Shown: piece by piece, positions 32,201 to 43,939 of the stretch
Layout of the letters: the number at the start of each line of letters is the position of its first letter
How positions within the stretch are numbered: the first letter of the stretch is position 1
NCBI GenBank assembly: GCA_913061315.1
Contig: CAJXUC010000002.1
Span: forward strand, 15,820 to 79,819
DNA length: 64,000 nt
Reading direction: 5' to 3'
Source of the DNA: an uncultured Gammaproteobacteria bacterium
GTDB lineage: Bacteria > Pseudomonadota > Gammaproteobacteria > GCA-001735895
Notes under the pieces: generated by a model
Database searches by the model: none
What the model was told of the DNA's origin: nothing
Seen by the model: the letters and a program-made list of their open reading frames with translations, nothing else
Program-made: the position numbers and the translations under genes

Positions 32201-33088
32201 ATGGACAACAAACAGAAGGAAAAGCTAAAAGCCACACTATTTTGCGCTTTTCCTCATCATATGATGTCGCGCGCTGTGTATTTTGCAACCCGTTTAACCA
32301 GTCCTAGAATTGCGCAACCAATGATTAATTGGTTTATTAAAAAATTCAATGTTGATATGAGCGAGGCTGAGTTTCCCGATATCAAGGCCTATCAAACATT
32401 CAATGAATTTTTCACACGTCCACTTAAAATAGATGCACGTCCTATAGCAACGGGCGATAACATACTCGCCTGCCCTGCTGACGGCACCGTATCAGAAACT
32501 GGATCTATTCATGACCATCAAATTTTCCAAGCGAAAGGTCATCACTACACGGTCAAGGAGTTAGTGGGTGGTGACGAAGTCCTCGCCTCTTTATTTAAAG
32601 ATGGCCGCTTTGCCACGGTTTATCTAGCACCCTACAACTACCATCGAATGCATATGCCGATGGATGGTTTACTCAAAAAAATGGTGCATGTGCCTGGTCG
32701 ACTATTCAGTGTTGCACAGTGGACCGTTAGAAATATTCCACGTCTATTTGCTCGCAACGAACGTCTCGTTTGTTTATTTTCCACCGATGCAGGGCCGATG
32801 GTAATGGTGCTGGTTGGCGCAATAAACGTCGCAGCTATAGAGACCGTATGGAGTGGTTTGGTTACGCCGCCTAGGGGTAAGAAAATATCTAACTTCGATT
32901 ATTCAGACACTCAAAAAAGCTATAAAAAGGGAGAAGAGATGGGTCGCTTTAATATGGGCTCAACAGTAATACTTTTAACCCCCCCTAATGTAGAGTGGTC
33001 ACCTGAATTTGAGGCTGGGCTTGTGGTCAAAATGGGAGAAGCCATTGGGCGGTTCACTGTAGATGAAACAGCTTCGACTGCACCCTAG
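32201..33088 (+). CDS. psd: Phosphatidylserine decarboxylase
   Basis: FNEFFTRPLK, YLAPYNYHRMH, LFARNER, GRFNMGST self-cleavage site. Confidence 0.96.
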   Translation: MDNKQKEKLKATLFCAFPHHMMSRAVYFATRLTSPRIAQPMINWFIKKFNVDMSEAEFPDIKAYQTFNEFFTRPLKIDARPIATGDNILACPADGTVSETGSIHDHQIFQAKGHHYTVKELVGGDEVLASLFKDGRFATVYLAPYNYHRMHMPMDGLLKKMVHVPGRLFSVAQWTVRNIPRLFARNERLVCLFSTDAGPMVMVLVGAINVAAIETVWSGLVTPPRGKKISNFDYSDTQKSYKKGEEMGRFNMGSTVILLTPPNVEWSPEFEAGLVVKMGEAIGRFTVDETASTAP

Positions 33089-33226
33089 AAAGCTTTGCGG
33101 CTAGTCATAAAAAAATTCCCTATCTATTAGCCCCAGTTTACGCATTCACTAGGAAATAATAGTCTAATGGTCAAGGTACAGCTTTAAACATGACTGCAGT
33201 TTTATGAGACCACCTTACAAATCAAC

Positions 33227-34159
33227 CTACTCAACAAAGCTCAAGACTTGATCAATAGAATTCTTTTCAAGTAAAACCATCAACAGTCGATCCAATCCAA
33301 TCGCAACACCTGCACACTCGGGCAGTCCAGAATCCAATGCTGAAAGCAGTAATTCATCTGGTGGATAGGGGTCAAGCCCAAGCGTTAACCTGCGATTATT
33401 ATCACTATCAAAACGATTCCGTTGCTGTGGACTATCACAAAGTTCTGAAAAACCATTCGCTAATTCTAATCCGTCATAGAATAACTCGAAGCGTTCTGCA
33501 ACACTTGTGTCACTGGCCTTCACTCGGGCCAATGACGCCTGTGAAATTGGATAGTCATAGACAAAAACGTAGCCTTTAATCTTTGGCGCTATTGCGAGGC
33601 TAATCAATAGATCAAGACATTGGTCAACATCTAGCTCTGAGCTAAGGGTTCCGGGCACGAATTGATCGACTCTTTGTCTCAAAGCGAATAATTTGATTGT
33701 ATCGATATCAACATTAATATGTTCAAGCACTAACTGTCGGTAACTAATTCGCTGGTATTGATTAGGCTCACCACTGATATCATCGATTAGACATTCGATT
33801 TCATCCATTAACTGCTGGTAGTCAAATCCAACCCGATACCATTCCAATAGAGTGAATTCTGGATTATGCCGACGACCTTTTTCGCCTTCACGAAACGCAT
33901 GACATATCTGATAAATTGAACCACTTCCAGCTGCGAGTAGACGTTTCATTGCAAACTCAGGAGATGTCTGCAGGTACAGTGTCTGCCCTAAATTCGACGC
34001 TTTTATTGATTCGATATTGGCATCGGTATTAGTCGTGGGAGATAGCAGCGCGGTGTCAACTTCAAAACACGACCGCACATCAAAAAAAGCCCGAATTTGA
34101 CGATAAATTCGGGCTCTTTGCTTAATAACTGTCAATGAAGCTGAAGGTTGCCAAACCAC
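33227..34159 (-). CDS. epmA: EF-P lysine aminoacylase EpmA (GenX/PoxA)
   Basis: WQPSAS, LQTSPEFAMKRLLAAG, HNPEFTLLEWY, ELANGF, GVAIGLDRL. Likely GTG start at 34159. Confidence 0.95.
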   Translation of the reverse strand: MVWQPSASLTVIKQRARIYRQIRAFFDVRSCFEVDTALLSPTTNTDANIESIKASNLGQTLYLQTSPEFAMKRLLAAGSGSIYQICHAFREGEKGRRHNPEFTLLEWYRVGFDYQQLMDEIECLIDDISGEPNQYQRISYRQLVLEHINVDIDTIKLFALRQRVDQFVPGTLSSELDVDQCLDLLISLAIAPKIKGYVFVYDYPISQASLARVKASDTSVAERFELFYDGLELANGFSELCDSPQQRNRFDSDNNRRLTLGLDPYPPDELLLSALDSGLPECAGVAIGLDRLLMVLLEKNSIDQVLSFVE

Positions 34160-34172
34160 TGTTTTTTTAACT

Positions 34173-34742
34173 CTATTTTTTGACGCGTGACATGTAGTCG
34201 CTAGATCGCGTATCGATTCGAAGCACCTCACCAATTTCAATAAACAACGGTACCTTTACAATCGCACCTGTTTCTAGCGTTGCAGGCTTAGTACCGCCTT
34301 GGGCGGTATCACCCTTGAGTCCGGGGTCAGTTTCTGTTACTTCTAATTCAACAAAATTAGGGGGCGCTACGCCAATAGGCGTGCCGTTATAAAGTGTCAC
34401 TTCATATATATCTTGCGCTTTCAACCACAGGCGACAATCACCGACTGCGTTTTCGTCTGCGGCATGCTGTTCGTAATCTTCGGGCACCATAAAGTGAAAA
34501 AACTCGCCATCGTTGTATAAATACTGCATTTCAATGTCGATAACATCAGCAGCATCCATTGTTTCACCCGACTTAAATGTCTTATCCAGCACACGACCAT
34601 TTTTTAAATTACGGATTTTGACTCTACTAAATGCTTGGCCCTTACCTGGCTTTACGAATTCATTTTCGATAATCGAACAGGGATCGCCATCGACCATTAT
34701 CTTTAACCCACTTCGAAATTCGCTGGTGTTGTAACTAGCCAT
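34173..34742 (-). CDS. efp: Elongation factor P
   Basis: [29 protein letters not shown]. Confidence 0.98.
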   Translation of the reverse strand: MASYNTSEFRSGLKIMVDGDPCSIIENEFVKPGKGQAFSRVKIRNLKNGRVLDKTFKSGETMDAADVIDIEMQYLYNDGEFFHFMVPEDYEQHAADENAVGDCRLWLKAQDIYEVTLYNGTPIGVAPPNFVELEVTETDPGLKGDTAQGGTKPATLETGAIVKVPLFIEIGEVLRIDTRSSDYMSRVKK

Positions 34743-34969
34743 GATGTTTAACTCTGACATATTCTTAAAAGAGAACGGCATAATAGCTGATCCAGTGGCC
34801 ATGAGACAAATCTTTGATTAGAAAAGCTAAAACTAAAGCTAACGACATATGACAGAAATAGTTTACTTGTCAAAATACAGACCGATTTAATAACAAAAAA
34901 TCCAAACTTTGATCGACTGATGTTAAATTAAGTTATGATTACTGACTAACGGATGGCAGCTAAAACTTT

Positions 34970-37057
34970 ATGGATTCTGATATAGTAAAATCAATACGAT
35001 TACTCATCATTGATATCTGCCTGCAAAAGGCTGAAAACATAACGAGTTCTTTACGTGCTACCGGGCTCGAAGTGCGTGCCGAATTTGCCGATAATAGCGA
35101 AAGCATGTATGCCATACTTGAGACTAAAACTTTCGACCTTGTCTTATTTTCACTCGATATAACCGACTTTACCTTAAAGCAAGTACAGCAGCTGATCAGT
35201 GAATGTGGTCGTCATGTTGGACTGGTTGCTATGACCAATAACCTCACTGACGAGGTAATGGTAAGGACCATTAACGAAGGTGCACAGGATGTTGTGTCTT
35301 CAGGCAATCTTAATCATCTCCTTCAAGTTATTAAACGAGAAGCGTTGAGTCTGTCGATGTCGCGCAAAGCAGGACGAATGGAATTCGAGTTAATGGAAAA
35401 CGAAAAGCGTTGCCTATTGTTGCTCGCTAACTCAAAGGATGCCGTTGCCTATCTTTACGAGGGCATGCACATTTATGCTAATGAAGTTTATCTAGATTTA
35501 TTTGGCAAAACCAATTTTAGTGATCTTGAAAGTACCCCCATTGTCGATATGGTATCGGTAGGCCAGCAAGAGGAAGTCAAAAAATTTCTACGTGCATTGA
35601 GTCAGAACAAAAACGAAAGCAATCAGCTTAATCTCCAGCTCTTACTTGATAGTGGTGAGACCATCGAAACTACCTTAGAGTTTTCTAGAGCACGTTTTGA
35701 TGGTGAACCCTGCACTCAAATTTTAATTCGTTCTGTAACTGACACTTCCGAACTTGAAACGCAAATTAACTACCTTCATCAACATGATTTGGTATCCGGA
35801 CTATATAATCGTCAGTATTATATGGATGCGTTAAGCATTTCAATTTCGAAGGCAGTTAACGGAATTCAGCGCTATGCAATTATATACATTTCGATTGATA
35901 ATTTCGAATCGATACGCGAGACTATTGGCATTACAGGTTGCGATGTTTTAATAACTAACATTGCCAAAATACTGCAAGAAAATACCGCGAAGGATCAACT
36001 CTTGGCTCGCTTTGGATCAAACTCCTATGCCATTCTGAGCATTATTACTGATAAAAAATCATTCGACGTTCTATCATCCAATATCCATGTTTTGGTTGAA
36101 CAACATATTTCTGAAATTGATGATCAATCGTTCGGTGTTACCTGTAGCACATCAGTGTGTTACATCGATGAAGTTTCACCAGATAATGCAAATAAAATGA
36201 TGACTCGTGCAGAAAAAACCTGTGACGAAGCCCAAAAAGAAGGTGGCAATCGAACCAAACTATATGTACCAAAATCAGGTGAAATGAGTCAGGAAGAGGC
36301 AGATGATGTCGTTGCTCAATCACTCAAGAGTGCCATTGCTGAGAACCGCATTAGCGAGCTTTACGAGCCCTTAGTGAGCATTAAATCTGAAGCCGGTGAG
36401 CGATATATATCAGGCTTAGCTTTAATGAACATTGATAACACACCCATGGATCGTAACGACTACCAAACTGTGGCCGAGCGCACTGGTATGGCTAAAACTC
36501 TAGATCGCTGGATAATTTTGCACATCATCAAAAAAATTGCTGAGTTCAATAAAAAATCACGTCAACTTGAGTTCTTTATTCCATTGAGTATTAACTCAAT
36601 TTTAGACTCTGACTTGACGCAGTGGGTTTCTGACAATCTCATTAAATCGAATGTATCAGGTGAGCAACTCGTATTTCTGGTCAATGAAACTGACGTGGTT
36701 AATCAGCTTAAAGCCACAAAAACACTTTTTGACGGATTAAAAAAAATCAATTGCCAGTTTGGATTCGACCAGTTCGGAACAGAAGTTAACTCTTTCCAAT
36801 TATTCAAACACATTAATGCAGACTATATTCGAATTAGTCTCACCTACATGGAAAAACTGGCCCAAAAGAGTGCCGATCAAAATATCATTCGCGAATTAGC
36901 CATCGAGGCTTTAAAGGTGAAAGTGAGAGTTATTACGCCAGGGGTCAACAGTGCCGCTCTACTCAGTATGTTGTGGGGTCTGAGTGTTGATTTTGTTCAT
37001 GGCGATTTTCTTCAAAAACCCACTAAAGATCTCAATTATGACTTCTCTTTTATGTGA
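34970..37057 (+). CDS. FimX-like REC-PAS-GGDEF-EAL protein with degenerate catalytic sites
   Basis: Domain order and motifs GMHIYAN, FDGEPCTQ, DLVSGLYNR, C-terminal LNYDFS match FimX. GGDEF position reads GSNSY; DDFG position reads DQFG. Confidence 0.85.
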   Translation: MDSDIVKSIRLLIIDICLQKAENITSSLRATGLEVRAEFADNSESMYAILETKTFDLVLFSLDITDFTLKQVQQLISECGRHVGLVAMTNNLTDEVMVRTINEGAQDVVSSGNLNHLLQVIKREALSLSMSRKAGRMEFELMENEKRCLLLLANSKDAVAYLYEGMHIYANEVYLDLFGKTNFSDLESTPIVDMVSVGQQEEVKKFLRALSQNKNESNQLNLQLLLDSGETIETTLEFSRARFDGEPCTQILIRSVTDTSELETQINYLHQHDLVSGLYNRQYYMDALSISISKAVNGIQRYAIIYISIDNFESIRETIGITGCDVLITNIAKILQENTAKDQLLARFGSNSYAILSIITDKKSFDVLSSNIHVLVEQHISEIDDQSFGVTCSTSVCYIDEVSPDNANKMMTRAEKTCDEAQKEGGNRTKLYVPKSGEMSQEEADDVVAQSLKSAIAENRISELYEPLVSIKSEAGERYISGLALMNIDNTPMDRNDYQTVAERTGMAKTLDRWIILHIIKKIAEFNKKSRQLEFFIPLSINSILDSDLTQWVSDNLIKSNVSGEQLVFLVNETDVVNQLKATKTLFDGLKKINCQFGFDQFGTEVNSFQLFKHINADYIRISLTYMEKLAQKSADQNIIRELAIEALKVKVRVITPGVNSAALLSMLWGLSVDFVHGDFLQKPTKDLNYDFSFM

Positions 37058-37120
37058 AACAATTGTTGTCCACTGTCAAGCTCTCAGCCAGTGAACAATG
37101 CACAACAACCTCTGCCGTCG

Positions 37121-39373
37121 CTAACCAGTCACTTCCAGATCAGTGACGTTCTGGTAGCCACGTGGTAACTTTTGTCCTCGTTTTCCACGCTCAATTCGAT
37201 AGTCTTCAAGATCTCTCAACGACATTGTTTTATATTTCTTACCTGAATGAATAATCAACGTTTGTTTAGCCGATAAACAGATAACAAAACTCACAATTTC
37301 TTCGCCTGTTTTAAGACGTTTGGGTGGAATACCCAGTATTTTATTACCCTTACCTTTCGATAACTGTGGAATTGCTTTTGCGTCAACCAGACCGATATAA
37401 CCGTCACTGGTAATCGATACAACAACATCAGTATCAACATTTTTAATTAAGTTAGCGTGAATCAACTTTGCCCCACTGGAAATGCTAATTAGAGCTTTAC
37501 CGTTTTTATTACGCGTCAGCATATCTTCAAAAAAGCATAAAAAACCATAGCCATGTGAAGTTGTCATTAGGAAGAGTTGATCATTACGAGCCATTAAACA
37601 ATCAACGAACTCAGCACCAGTCGCGGGTTTAAATCGACCGGTCAGTGGCTCACCTTGCCCCCTAGCAGAGGGCAAGGTGTGGGCAGATAATGCATAACTT
37701 CGCCCATGAGAATCAATAAATACCGCACTTTGATTGCTCTTGCCCTGAGCCATGCCTTGAAAGCTATCACCCGACTTATAATTCAAACCTAATACATCAA
37801 TATCATGTCCTTTGGCGGCTCGCACCCAGCCAGCAGTTGATAACACTACGGTTAAGGCTTCCGATGGAATGAGCTCATTTTCATCCATTGCTTTCGCCAT
37901 TTTTCGGCTCACAATAGGTGAACGCCGGTCGTCACCATAGGTTTCAGCATCTTCAATAATTTCATTTTTAATCAATGTTTTTAGTCGACGCTCTGAGCTT
38001 AATAACTTTTCAAGTGATTGCTTTTCTAGTTGAAGTGCATCTTGCTCCGCCCGAATTTTCATCTCTTCAAGCTTGGCCAAATGGCGCAGCTTTGTTTCGA
38101 GGATAGCTTCCGCTTGAATCTCTGAAATATTAAAAGTCTTTATTAACGAAGCTTTGGGATCCTCTTCATAACGAACAATTCGAATAACTTCATCTAAGTT
38201 TAAGAATGCAACCAACAATCCATCCAGAATATGGAGGCGTTTGTCGACTTTATCCAATCGCCATTCAAGCCGCCTACGCACAGTACTGACTCGAAAAGCG
38301 ATCCACTCCTGTAAAATTTGCTTAAGATTTTTAACCTGAGGCCGGCCATTAGTACCAATCACATTCATGTTCACGCGATAGGTTTTTTCGAGATCTGTTG
38401 TTGCAAACAGATGTCGCATTAGCGCATCAACATCTACTCGATTGGAGCGCGGCACGATGACCAGTCGAGTGGGGTTTTCATGGTCAGACTCATCGCGCAA
38501 GTCATCTACCATTGGTAGTTTCTTAGCCAACATTTGCTGTGCAATTTGTTCTAACACTTTGGCACCAGACACCTGATGTGGCAACGCCGTAAGAATGATA
38601 TCGCCATCCTCACGTTCATAAAGAGAACGAATGCGAATAGAACCATGGCCTGTTTCATACATCGACCGCAGCTCTTCATTCGGTGTAATAATTTCAGCAT
38701 CAGTTGGGTAATCTGGCCCTTTCACCAATTCAAGCAGTTCGTCTAGGGTGGTTCGAGAGTTATCCAATAACTGGATACAGGCACTTGCCACTTCGCGCAA
38801 GTTGTGAGGTGGTAAATCAGTAGCCATACCCACCGCTATGCCCGTTGTGCCATTGAGCAATATATGGGGTAGCCGTGCAGGCAATAATGAGGGCTCCTGC
38901 ATGGTTCCGTCAAAATTTGGAACCCAGTCGACCGTTCCAAGGCCCAGTTCTTGTAGTAGTAACTTTGAAATACCTGAGAGGCGTGATTCTGTATAACGCA
39001 TCGCTGCAAAAGATTTTGGATCATCTGGAGAACCAAAATTTCCCTGACCATCAATTAACGGATAGCGATAAGAAAAGTCCTGTGCCATCAAAACCATGGC
39101 TTCATAACATGCGGTATCACCATGTGGATGAAATTTACCCAAAACGTCACCAACAGTTCGTGCTGACTTTTTGTGTTTTGAGCTGACGGATAATCCGAGC
39201 TCTGACATGGCATAAATAATGCGCCTTTGGACTGGCTTTAAGCCATCACCAATATGTGGCAATGCTCGGTCTAAGATAACGTACATCGAATAATCGAGAT
39301 AAGCTTTCTCTGTGAAAATACTGAGTGGCTCTTTCTCTACACCTTCGTAGTTAAGTTCTAAATTTCCAGGCAT
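37121..39373 (-). CDS. parC: DNA topoisomerase IV subunit A
   Basis: [38 protein letters not shown]. Confidence 0.97.
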   Translation of the reverse strand: MPGNLELNYEGVEKEPLSIFTEKAYLDYSMYVILDRALPHIGDGLKPVQRRIIYAMSELGLSVSSKHKKSARTVGDVLGKFHPHGDTACYEAMVLMAQDFSYRYPLIDGQGNFGSPDDPKSFAAMRYTESRLSGISKLLLQELGLGTVDWVPNFDGTMQEPSLLPARLPHILLNGTTGIAVGMATDLPPHNLREVASACIQLLDNSRTTLDELLELVKGPDYPTDAEIITPNEELRSMYETGHGSIRIRSLYEREDGDIILTALPHQVSGAKVLEQIAQQMLAKKLPMVDDLRDESDHENPTRLVIVPRSNRVDVDALMRHLFATTDLEKTYRVNMNVIGTNGRPQVKNLKQILQEWIAFRVSTVRRRLEWRLDKVDKRLHILDGLLVAFLNLDEVIRIVRYEEDPKASLIKTFNISEIQAEAILETKLRHLAKLEEMKIRAEQDALQLEKQSLEKLLSSERRLKTLIKNEIIEDAETYGDDRRSPIVSRKMAKAMDENELIPSEALTVVLSTAGWVRAAKGHDIDVLGLNYKSGDSFQGMAQGKSNQSAVFIDSHGRSYALSAHTLPSARGQGEPLTGRFKPATGAEFVDCLMARNDQLFLMTTSHGYGFLCFFEDMLTRNKNGKALISISSGAKLIHANLIKNVDTDVVVSITSDGYIGLVDAKAIPQLSKGKGNKILGIPPKRLKTGEEIVSFVICLSAKQTLIIHSGKKYKTMSLRDLEDYRIERGKRGQKLPRGYQNVTDLEVTG

Positions 39374-39375
39374 TT

Positions 39376-41262
39376 TTATATCTCCGCCAAATCGCCTTTT
39401 GCCTGTAACCAATCTTTACGATCAGCGGCACGCTTTTTGGACAACATCATATTCATAATTTCAAAGGTGTTATCACCAGGCTCCATCGTTAACTGCGCTA
39501 AACGACGGGTATCAGGAGCGATGGTACTTTCGCGAAGTTGCATTGGATTCATTTCTCCCAAACCTTTAAATCGGGTTACAGAGATTTTTCCTTTTCTTTT
39601 TTCAGCGTTTAACCGATCAATAATGCCATCTCGCTCGGCTTCATCTAACGCGTAATACTTATCCTTAGCAATATCTATTCGATACAGCGGCGGCTTAGCA
39701 ACATAAACATGTCCTTGCTCAACCAAGGGCTGAAAATGCCTTAAGAATAGAGCACACAGTAGCGTTGCTATATGTAATCCATCCGAGTCTGCATCAGCTA
39801 AAATACATATCTTGCCATATCGTAAATTAGAAATGTCATCAGAGGCGGGGTCAACACCAATAGCCACTGAGATATCATGGACTTCCTGAGACGCTAGTAC
39901 CTGATCGGAAGAAACCTCCCAAGTATTTAGAATTTTGCCCCGCAGAGGCATGATGGCCTGAAAAATTCGATCTCTGGCTTGCTTGGCTGAACCGCCTGCC
40001 GAATCACCTTCGACCAAAAATAATTCGGTACGAGTCACATCCTGACTACTACAATCAGCTAGTTTTCCGGGCAATGCTGGGCCAGAAGTGACCTTTTTGC
40101 GGACAATTTTTTTTGCACTTTTGAGTCTTTTTTGTGCGCTCGAAATCGCCATTTGCGCCAATAAATCACCTGTATCAGCATGCTGGTTTAACCATAAACT
40201 GAAAGCGTCTTTCGCTACACCGGAAACAAAAGCCGCTGTTTCACGAGACGATAAGCGCTCTTTTGTTTGACCCGAAAATTGTGGATCAGACATTTTTACT
40301 GACAAAATGAAGCTCACTTTGTCCCAGACATCATCAGGCGCTATCTTAATCCCACGGGGTAGCAAACTACGAAATTCACAGAATTCTCTAATCGCATCAG
40401 TAATACCAGTACGTAATCCATTAACATGCGTACCGCCCTGAGCCGTGGGCACTAAATTCACATAACTTTCTGTGATGGCTTCTCCCCCCTCTGGCAGCCA
40501 GAGTATTGCCCATTCAGCGGCTTCATGCTCGCCCTTAATAGATGTTACAAAGGGAGCTGAAGGCAATAACTCAAAGCCCGCTAAAGCATCCAGCAGGTAA
40601 TCTGAGAGACCGTCTTCGTAATACCATTCATAGGAATCGGTAGTCTTTTCTTCGTAAAATTTAACGCGCAAGCCTGGACACAAAACAGCCTTGGCTCGAA
40701 GTACATGTTTTAGTTTTGATACGGAGAATATTGCGCTGTCAAAATATTCTGATGCGGGCCAAAACCGTATGGTGGTGCCCGTGTTCTTTTTACCTACGCT
40801 GCCAATCTCTTTCAAGTCGACCGTTTTATCACCATTTTCAAACCCAATTAGAAACTCTTTGCCGTCTCGACGAACGCGAACATCAAGCTTTTTTGATAGG
40901 GCATTAACAACTGATATACCTACACCATGCAAACCGCCCGAGAACTGATAGTTTTTGTTAGAAAATTTACCCCCAGAATGTAATTTTGTGAGAATGACTT
41001 CGACACCCGGAATGCCCTGTTGGGGGTGGATATCAACCGGCATGCCACGGCCGTCGTCAATGACACTTAAAGACTGATCTGCATGTAGAATAATGCCTAT
41101 CTCAGTTGCGTGGCCCGCGATCGCTTCATCGACACTATTGTCGATCACTTCTTGTGCAAGGTGGTTTGGCCGAGTGGTGTCCGTGTACATGCCCGGACGC
41201 TTTTTAACAGGATCCAGTCCCGTTAGAACTTCGATCGAAGCGGCATCGTATTGATTATTCAA
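39376..41262 (-). CDS. parE: DNA topoisomerase IV subunit B
   Basis: [54 protein letters not shown]. Start approximate (TTG 41262). Confidence 0.97.
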   Translation of the reverse strand: MNNQYDAASIEVLTGLDPVKKRPGMYTDTTRPNHLAQEVIDNSVDEAIAGHATEIGIILHADQSLSVIDDGRGMPVDIHPQQGIPGVEVILTKLHSGGKFSNKNYQFSGGLHGVGISVVNALSKKLDVRVRRDGKEFLIGFENGDKTVDLKEIGSVGKKNTGTTIRFWPASEYFDSAIFSVSKLKHVLRAKAVLCPGLRVKFYEEKTTDSYEWYYEDGLSDYLLDALAGFELLPSAPFVTSIKGEHEAAEWAILWLPEGGEAITESYVNLVPTAQGGTHVNGLRTGITDAIREFCEFRSLLPRGIKIAPDDVWDKVSFILSVKMSDPQFSGQTKERLSSRETAAFVSGVAKDAFSLWLNQHADTGDLLAQMAISSAQKRLKSAKKIVRKKVTSGPALPGKLADCSSQDVTRTELFLVEGDSAGGSAKQARDRIFQAIMPLRGKILNTWEVSSDQVLASQEVHDISVAIGVDPASDDISNLRYGKICILADADSDGLHIATLLCALFLRHFQPLVEQGHVYVAKPPLYRIDIAKDKYYALDEAERDGIIDRLNAEKRKGKISVTRFKGLGEMNPMQLRESTIAPDTRRLAQLTMEPGDNTFEIMNMMLSKKRAADRKDWLQAKGDLAEI

Positions 41263-41388
41263 AAGTTGTGTTACCCGTTGGTTCGTCATATTGGCTGGTA
41301 ATAGCTGCGCCAAATTATAGCGTCATCGTACTTGTAATTGTGAGTATGTTGCCTAATATACTCAGTCACTTTTTTAGGAAACGGTATT

Positions 41389-42252
41389 ATGAGCGAGTCA
41401 CCTTATATTCACAATGTAAACGCCCAAAATTTCCAATCAGTCGTACTTGAAAACTCTCTCAACGTACCCGTATTGGTCGATTTTTGGGCTGATTGGTGTC
41501 AACCCTGCCAGACATTGATGCCCATGTTAGCAAAGCTGGCCGAAGAATATGGCGGCAAATTTATACTCGCTAAGGTCAATAGCGACGAAGAACAAGAGCT
41601 AGCGAGCCATTTTGGAATCAAAAGTCTACCAACCATGAAGCTTTTTGTAGATGGAAAAATTGTCGGTGAAAAGATGGGCGTGTTGCCAGAACCAGAAATA
41701 CGTGCCTTCATCGATCAGTATATTACCAATGAATCAGACAACCTAATGGATGCCGCTAATGCAGCATTTGAACAAGGGAATACAGTAGAGGGCTTATCGA
41801 TGATGAATCAAGCGCTTGCTCTGGATCCAACCAATGCTGATCTTAAAATTAGCATGGCGAGCGTCGTAATGTCTCAAGGCGACAAAGATAGTGCTTTAGC
41901 GTTACTTGGTTCACTCAGCGATGACGACAAGAAAAAGCAGGAAGCGGTCAAGTTATTCGCTACCATCGACTTATCTGCCCAGCTAGAAGGTATTCCATCG
42001 CTGGAAGAAATTGAAAGTGATTTGGCCAAAGACCCGGGGGATTTGATGGCCTTATTGCATAAGAGCACCCATTTATCAGCTCAGGGGAATCATGAATCCG
42101 CAATGGATTGTCTGTTAACGATGGTACAAACTGATTTACAATTTCAAGACGGTGCTGCTCGTAAAGGGTTATTTGTTTTATTCGACATGCTCGGTGGCGA
42201 ACATCCCGCTGTGCAAAAATGTCGGCGTAAACTTTTCACCTTGCTGCATTAA
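41389..42252 (+). CDS. cnoX: Thioredoxin-TPR co-chaperone YbbN/CnoX
   Basis: DFWADWCQPC thioredoxin domain followed by TPR helices, ending RRKLFTLLH. Confidence 0.9.
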   Translation: MSESPYIHNVNAQNFQSVVLENSLNVPVLVDFWADWCQPCQTLMPMLAKLAEEYGGKFILAKVNSDEEQELASHFGIKSLPTMKLFVDGKIVGEKMGVLPEPEIRAFIDQYITNESDNLMDAANAAFEQGNTVEGLSMMNQALALDPTNADLKISMASVVMSQGDKDSALALLGSLSDDDKKKQEAVKLFATIDLSAQLEGIPSLEEIESDLAKDPGDLMALLHKSTHLSAQGNHESAMDCLLTMVQTDLQFQDGAARKGLFVLFDMLGGEHPAVQKCRRKLFTLLH

Positions 42253-42284
42253 AATAAGCCAACATGAGCATTTTTATAACTTTG

Positions 42285-42316
42285 TCATCTGAAATAGTGC
42301 TTTATATTTCAGATGA
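42285..42316. repeat. Inverted repeat between cnoX and metY
   Basis: TCATCTGAAATA-gtgcttta-TATTTCAGATGA, perfect 12-bp stem. Confidence 0.7.
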
Positions 42317-42405
42317 GAATAATGTATCTGGAAATATCATTTATTGACCGTATATCACTCAACTATAGTGCAAGCCTGTTTTATTTACTGAAAGGATAAA
42401 AATCT

Positions 42406-43683
42406 ATGAAGCTGGAGTCACTTGCACTACATCACGGTTATGAATCTGAGGCAACAACCAGAGCTGCCGCCGTCCCTATTTATCAAACTAGCTCCTATAC
42501 TTTTGATAACACACAACATGGGGCAGACCTGTTTGACTTAAAGGTACCAGGCAACATTTACACCCGAATCATGAACCCAACTACTAATGTATTGGAACAG
42601 CGCCTCGCAGCCATGGAGGGAGGTGTCGCCAGCCTAGCCGTGGCGTCTGGCATGGCTGCTATTACTTATGCCATTCAATGCATTTGCGAAGTGGGCGACA
42701 ATATTGTTAGTACCAGTCAGCTGTATGGGGGTACCTATAACCTATTCGCACATTCCTTACCGAAACAGGGAATAGAGGTTCGCCTGCTGTCACATGATGA
42801 TTTTGACGGTTTTGAAAAAGCAATAGATAGCAAAACAAAAGCCATCTTTTGTGAATCAATCGGTAACCCTGCTGGTAATATTGTTGATATTGAAAAACTG
42901 GCTGAAATTGCTCATCGGCATGGTGTTCCCGTTATTGTGGATAACACGGTGGCTACGCCCTACCTATGCCAGGCATTTAAAAAGGGTGCTGACATTATTA
43001 TCCACTCTCTTACTAAATATATTGGTGGCCATGGCACTTCTATTGGTGGCGTTATCATCGATTCAGGTAAATTTGACTGGGTGGCAAATAAAGAACGTTT
43101 CCCAGTTTTAAATGAACCAGACCCCTCTTACCATGGCGTTGTTTACACCGACGCTTTAGGTCCAGCGGCTTATATTGGCCGATGTAGAGTAGTCCCATTG
43201 CGAAATACCGGTGCGGCTATTTCTCCTATGAATGCTTTTCAAATACTACAGGGATTAGAAACGTTAGGCTTGCGCATGGAAAGACATTGCGAAAATGCAG
43301 AGAAACTAGCTCATTATCTGTATGATCATAAAAAAGTTGCCTGGGTAAACTATGCGACGCTTCCTGATAGCCCTTATAAGGCAATGTCGCAAAAAATCAC
43401 AGATGGCAAGGCATCTGGCATCCTCAGCTTTGGTATTCACGGGGGTGTAGAAGCAGGAACTCAGTTTATTGATGCATTACAAATGATTTTACGTCTAGTC
43501 AATATTGGTGATGCCAAATCGCTAGCTTGCCACCCCGCATCTACCACGCACAGGCAGTTGAATGAGACTGAACTAGCAGCCGCGGGAGTAAGCGATGATC
43601 TAGTGAGAATCTCAGTGGGTATTGAAAACATTGATGACATAATTGCCGATGTAAGCCAAGCGTTGGAATGCGTGACCACTTAG
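42406..43683 (+). CDS. metY: O-acetylhomoserine aminocarboxypropyltransferase/sulfhydrylase
   Basis: AVPIYQTSSY, YTRIMNPT, HSLTKYIGGHG (PLP Lys), HPASTTH. Confidence 0.93.
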   Translation: MKLESLALHHGYESEATTRAAAVPIYQTSSYTFDNTQHGADLFDLKVPGNIYTRIMNPTTNVLEQRLAAMEGGVASLAVASGMAAITYAIQCICEVGDNIVSTSQLYGGTYNLFAHSLPKQGIEVRLLSHDDFDGFEKAIDSKTKAIFCESIGNPAGNIVDIEKLAEIAHRHGVPVIVDNTVATPYLCQAFKKGADIIIHSLTKYIGGHGTSIGGVIIDSGKFDWVANKERFPVLNEPDPSYHGVVYTDALGPAAYIGRCRVVPLRNTGAAISPMNAFQILQGLETLGLRMERHCENAEKLAHYLYDHKKVAWVNYATLPDSPYKAMSQKITDGKASGILSFGIHGGVEAGTQFIDALQMILRLVNIGDAKSLACHPASTTHRQLNETELAAAGVSDDLVRISVGIENIDDIIADVSQALECVTT

Positions 43684-43705
43684 CGCTGTTAAAGAAAAGA
43701 CCCAT

Positions 43706-43732
43706 TAGCCAGTGGGATTACCCTGCTGGCTA
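43706..43732 (+). terminator. Hairpin after metY
   Basis: TAGCCAGTGGG-atta-CCCTGCTGGCTA imperfect stem between convergent metY and xerD. Confidence 0.45.
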
Positions 43733-43939
43733 TATTAGGCGCCCATCAATTAAAATATCTCTGCATAACGACATATGTGTAAAAGTAGGTTAATGAATGA
43801 CCTTCTATTAACTAAATTATTGTCCTTACTGACCAACTAAAATAATGCAACTGAGCGTCAGCTATGACCAAAAATTCAAAAGAATACGGAACCTTATTTA
43901 TTTAAACATATAAAAAGCTGAGCTGTATTTCTTTATCTG

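Noticed and set aside
42253-42405. SAM/SAH riboswitch or Met box upstream of metY
   Set aside because: No recognisable riboswitch core or tandem AGACGTCT boxes; only a simple 12-bp inverted repeat.
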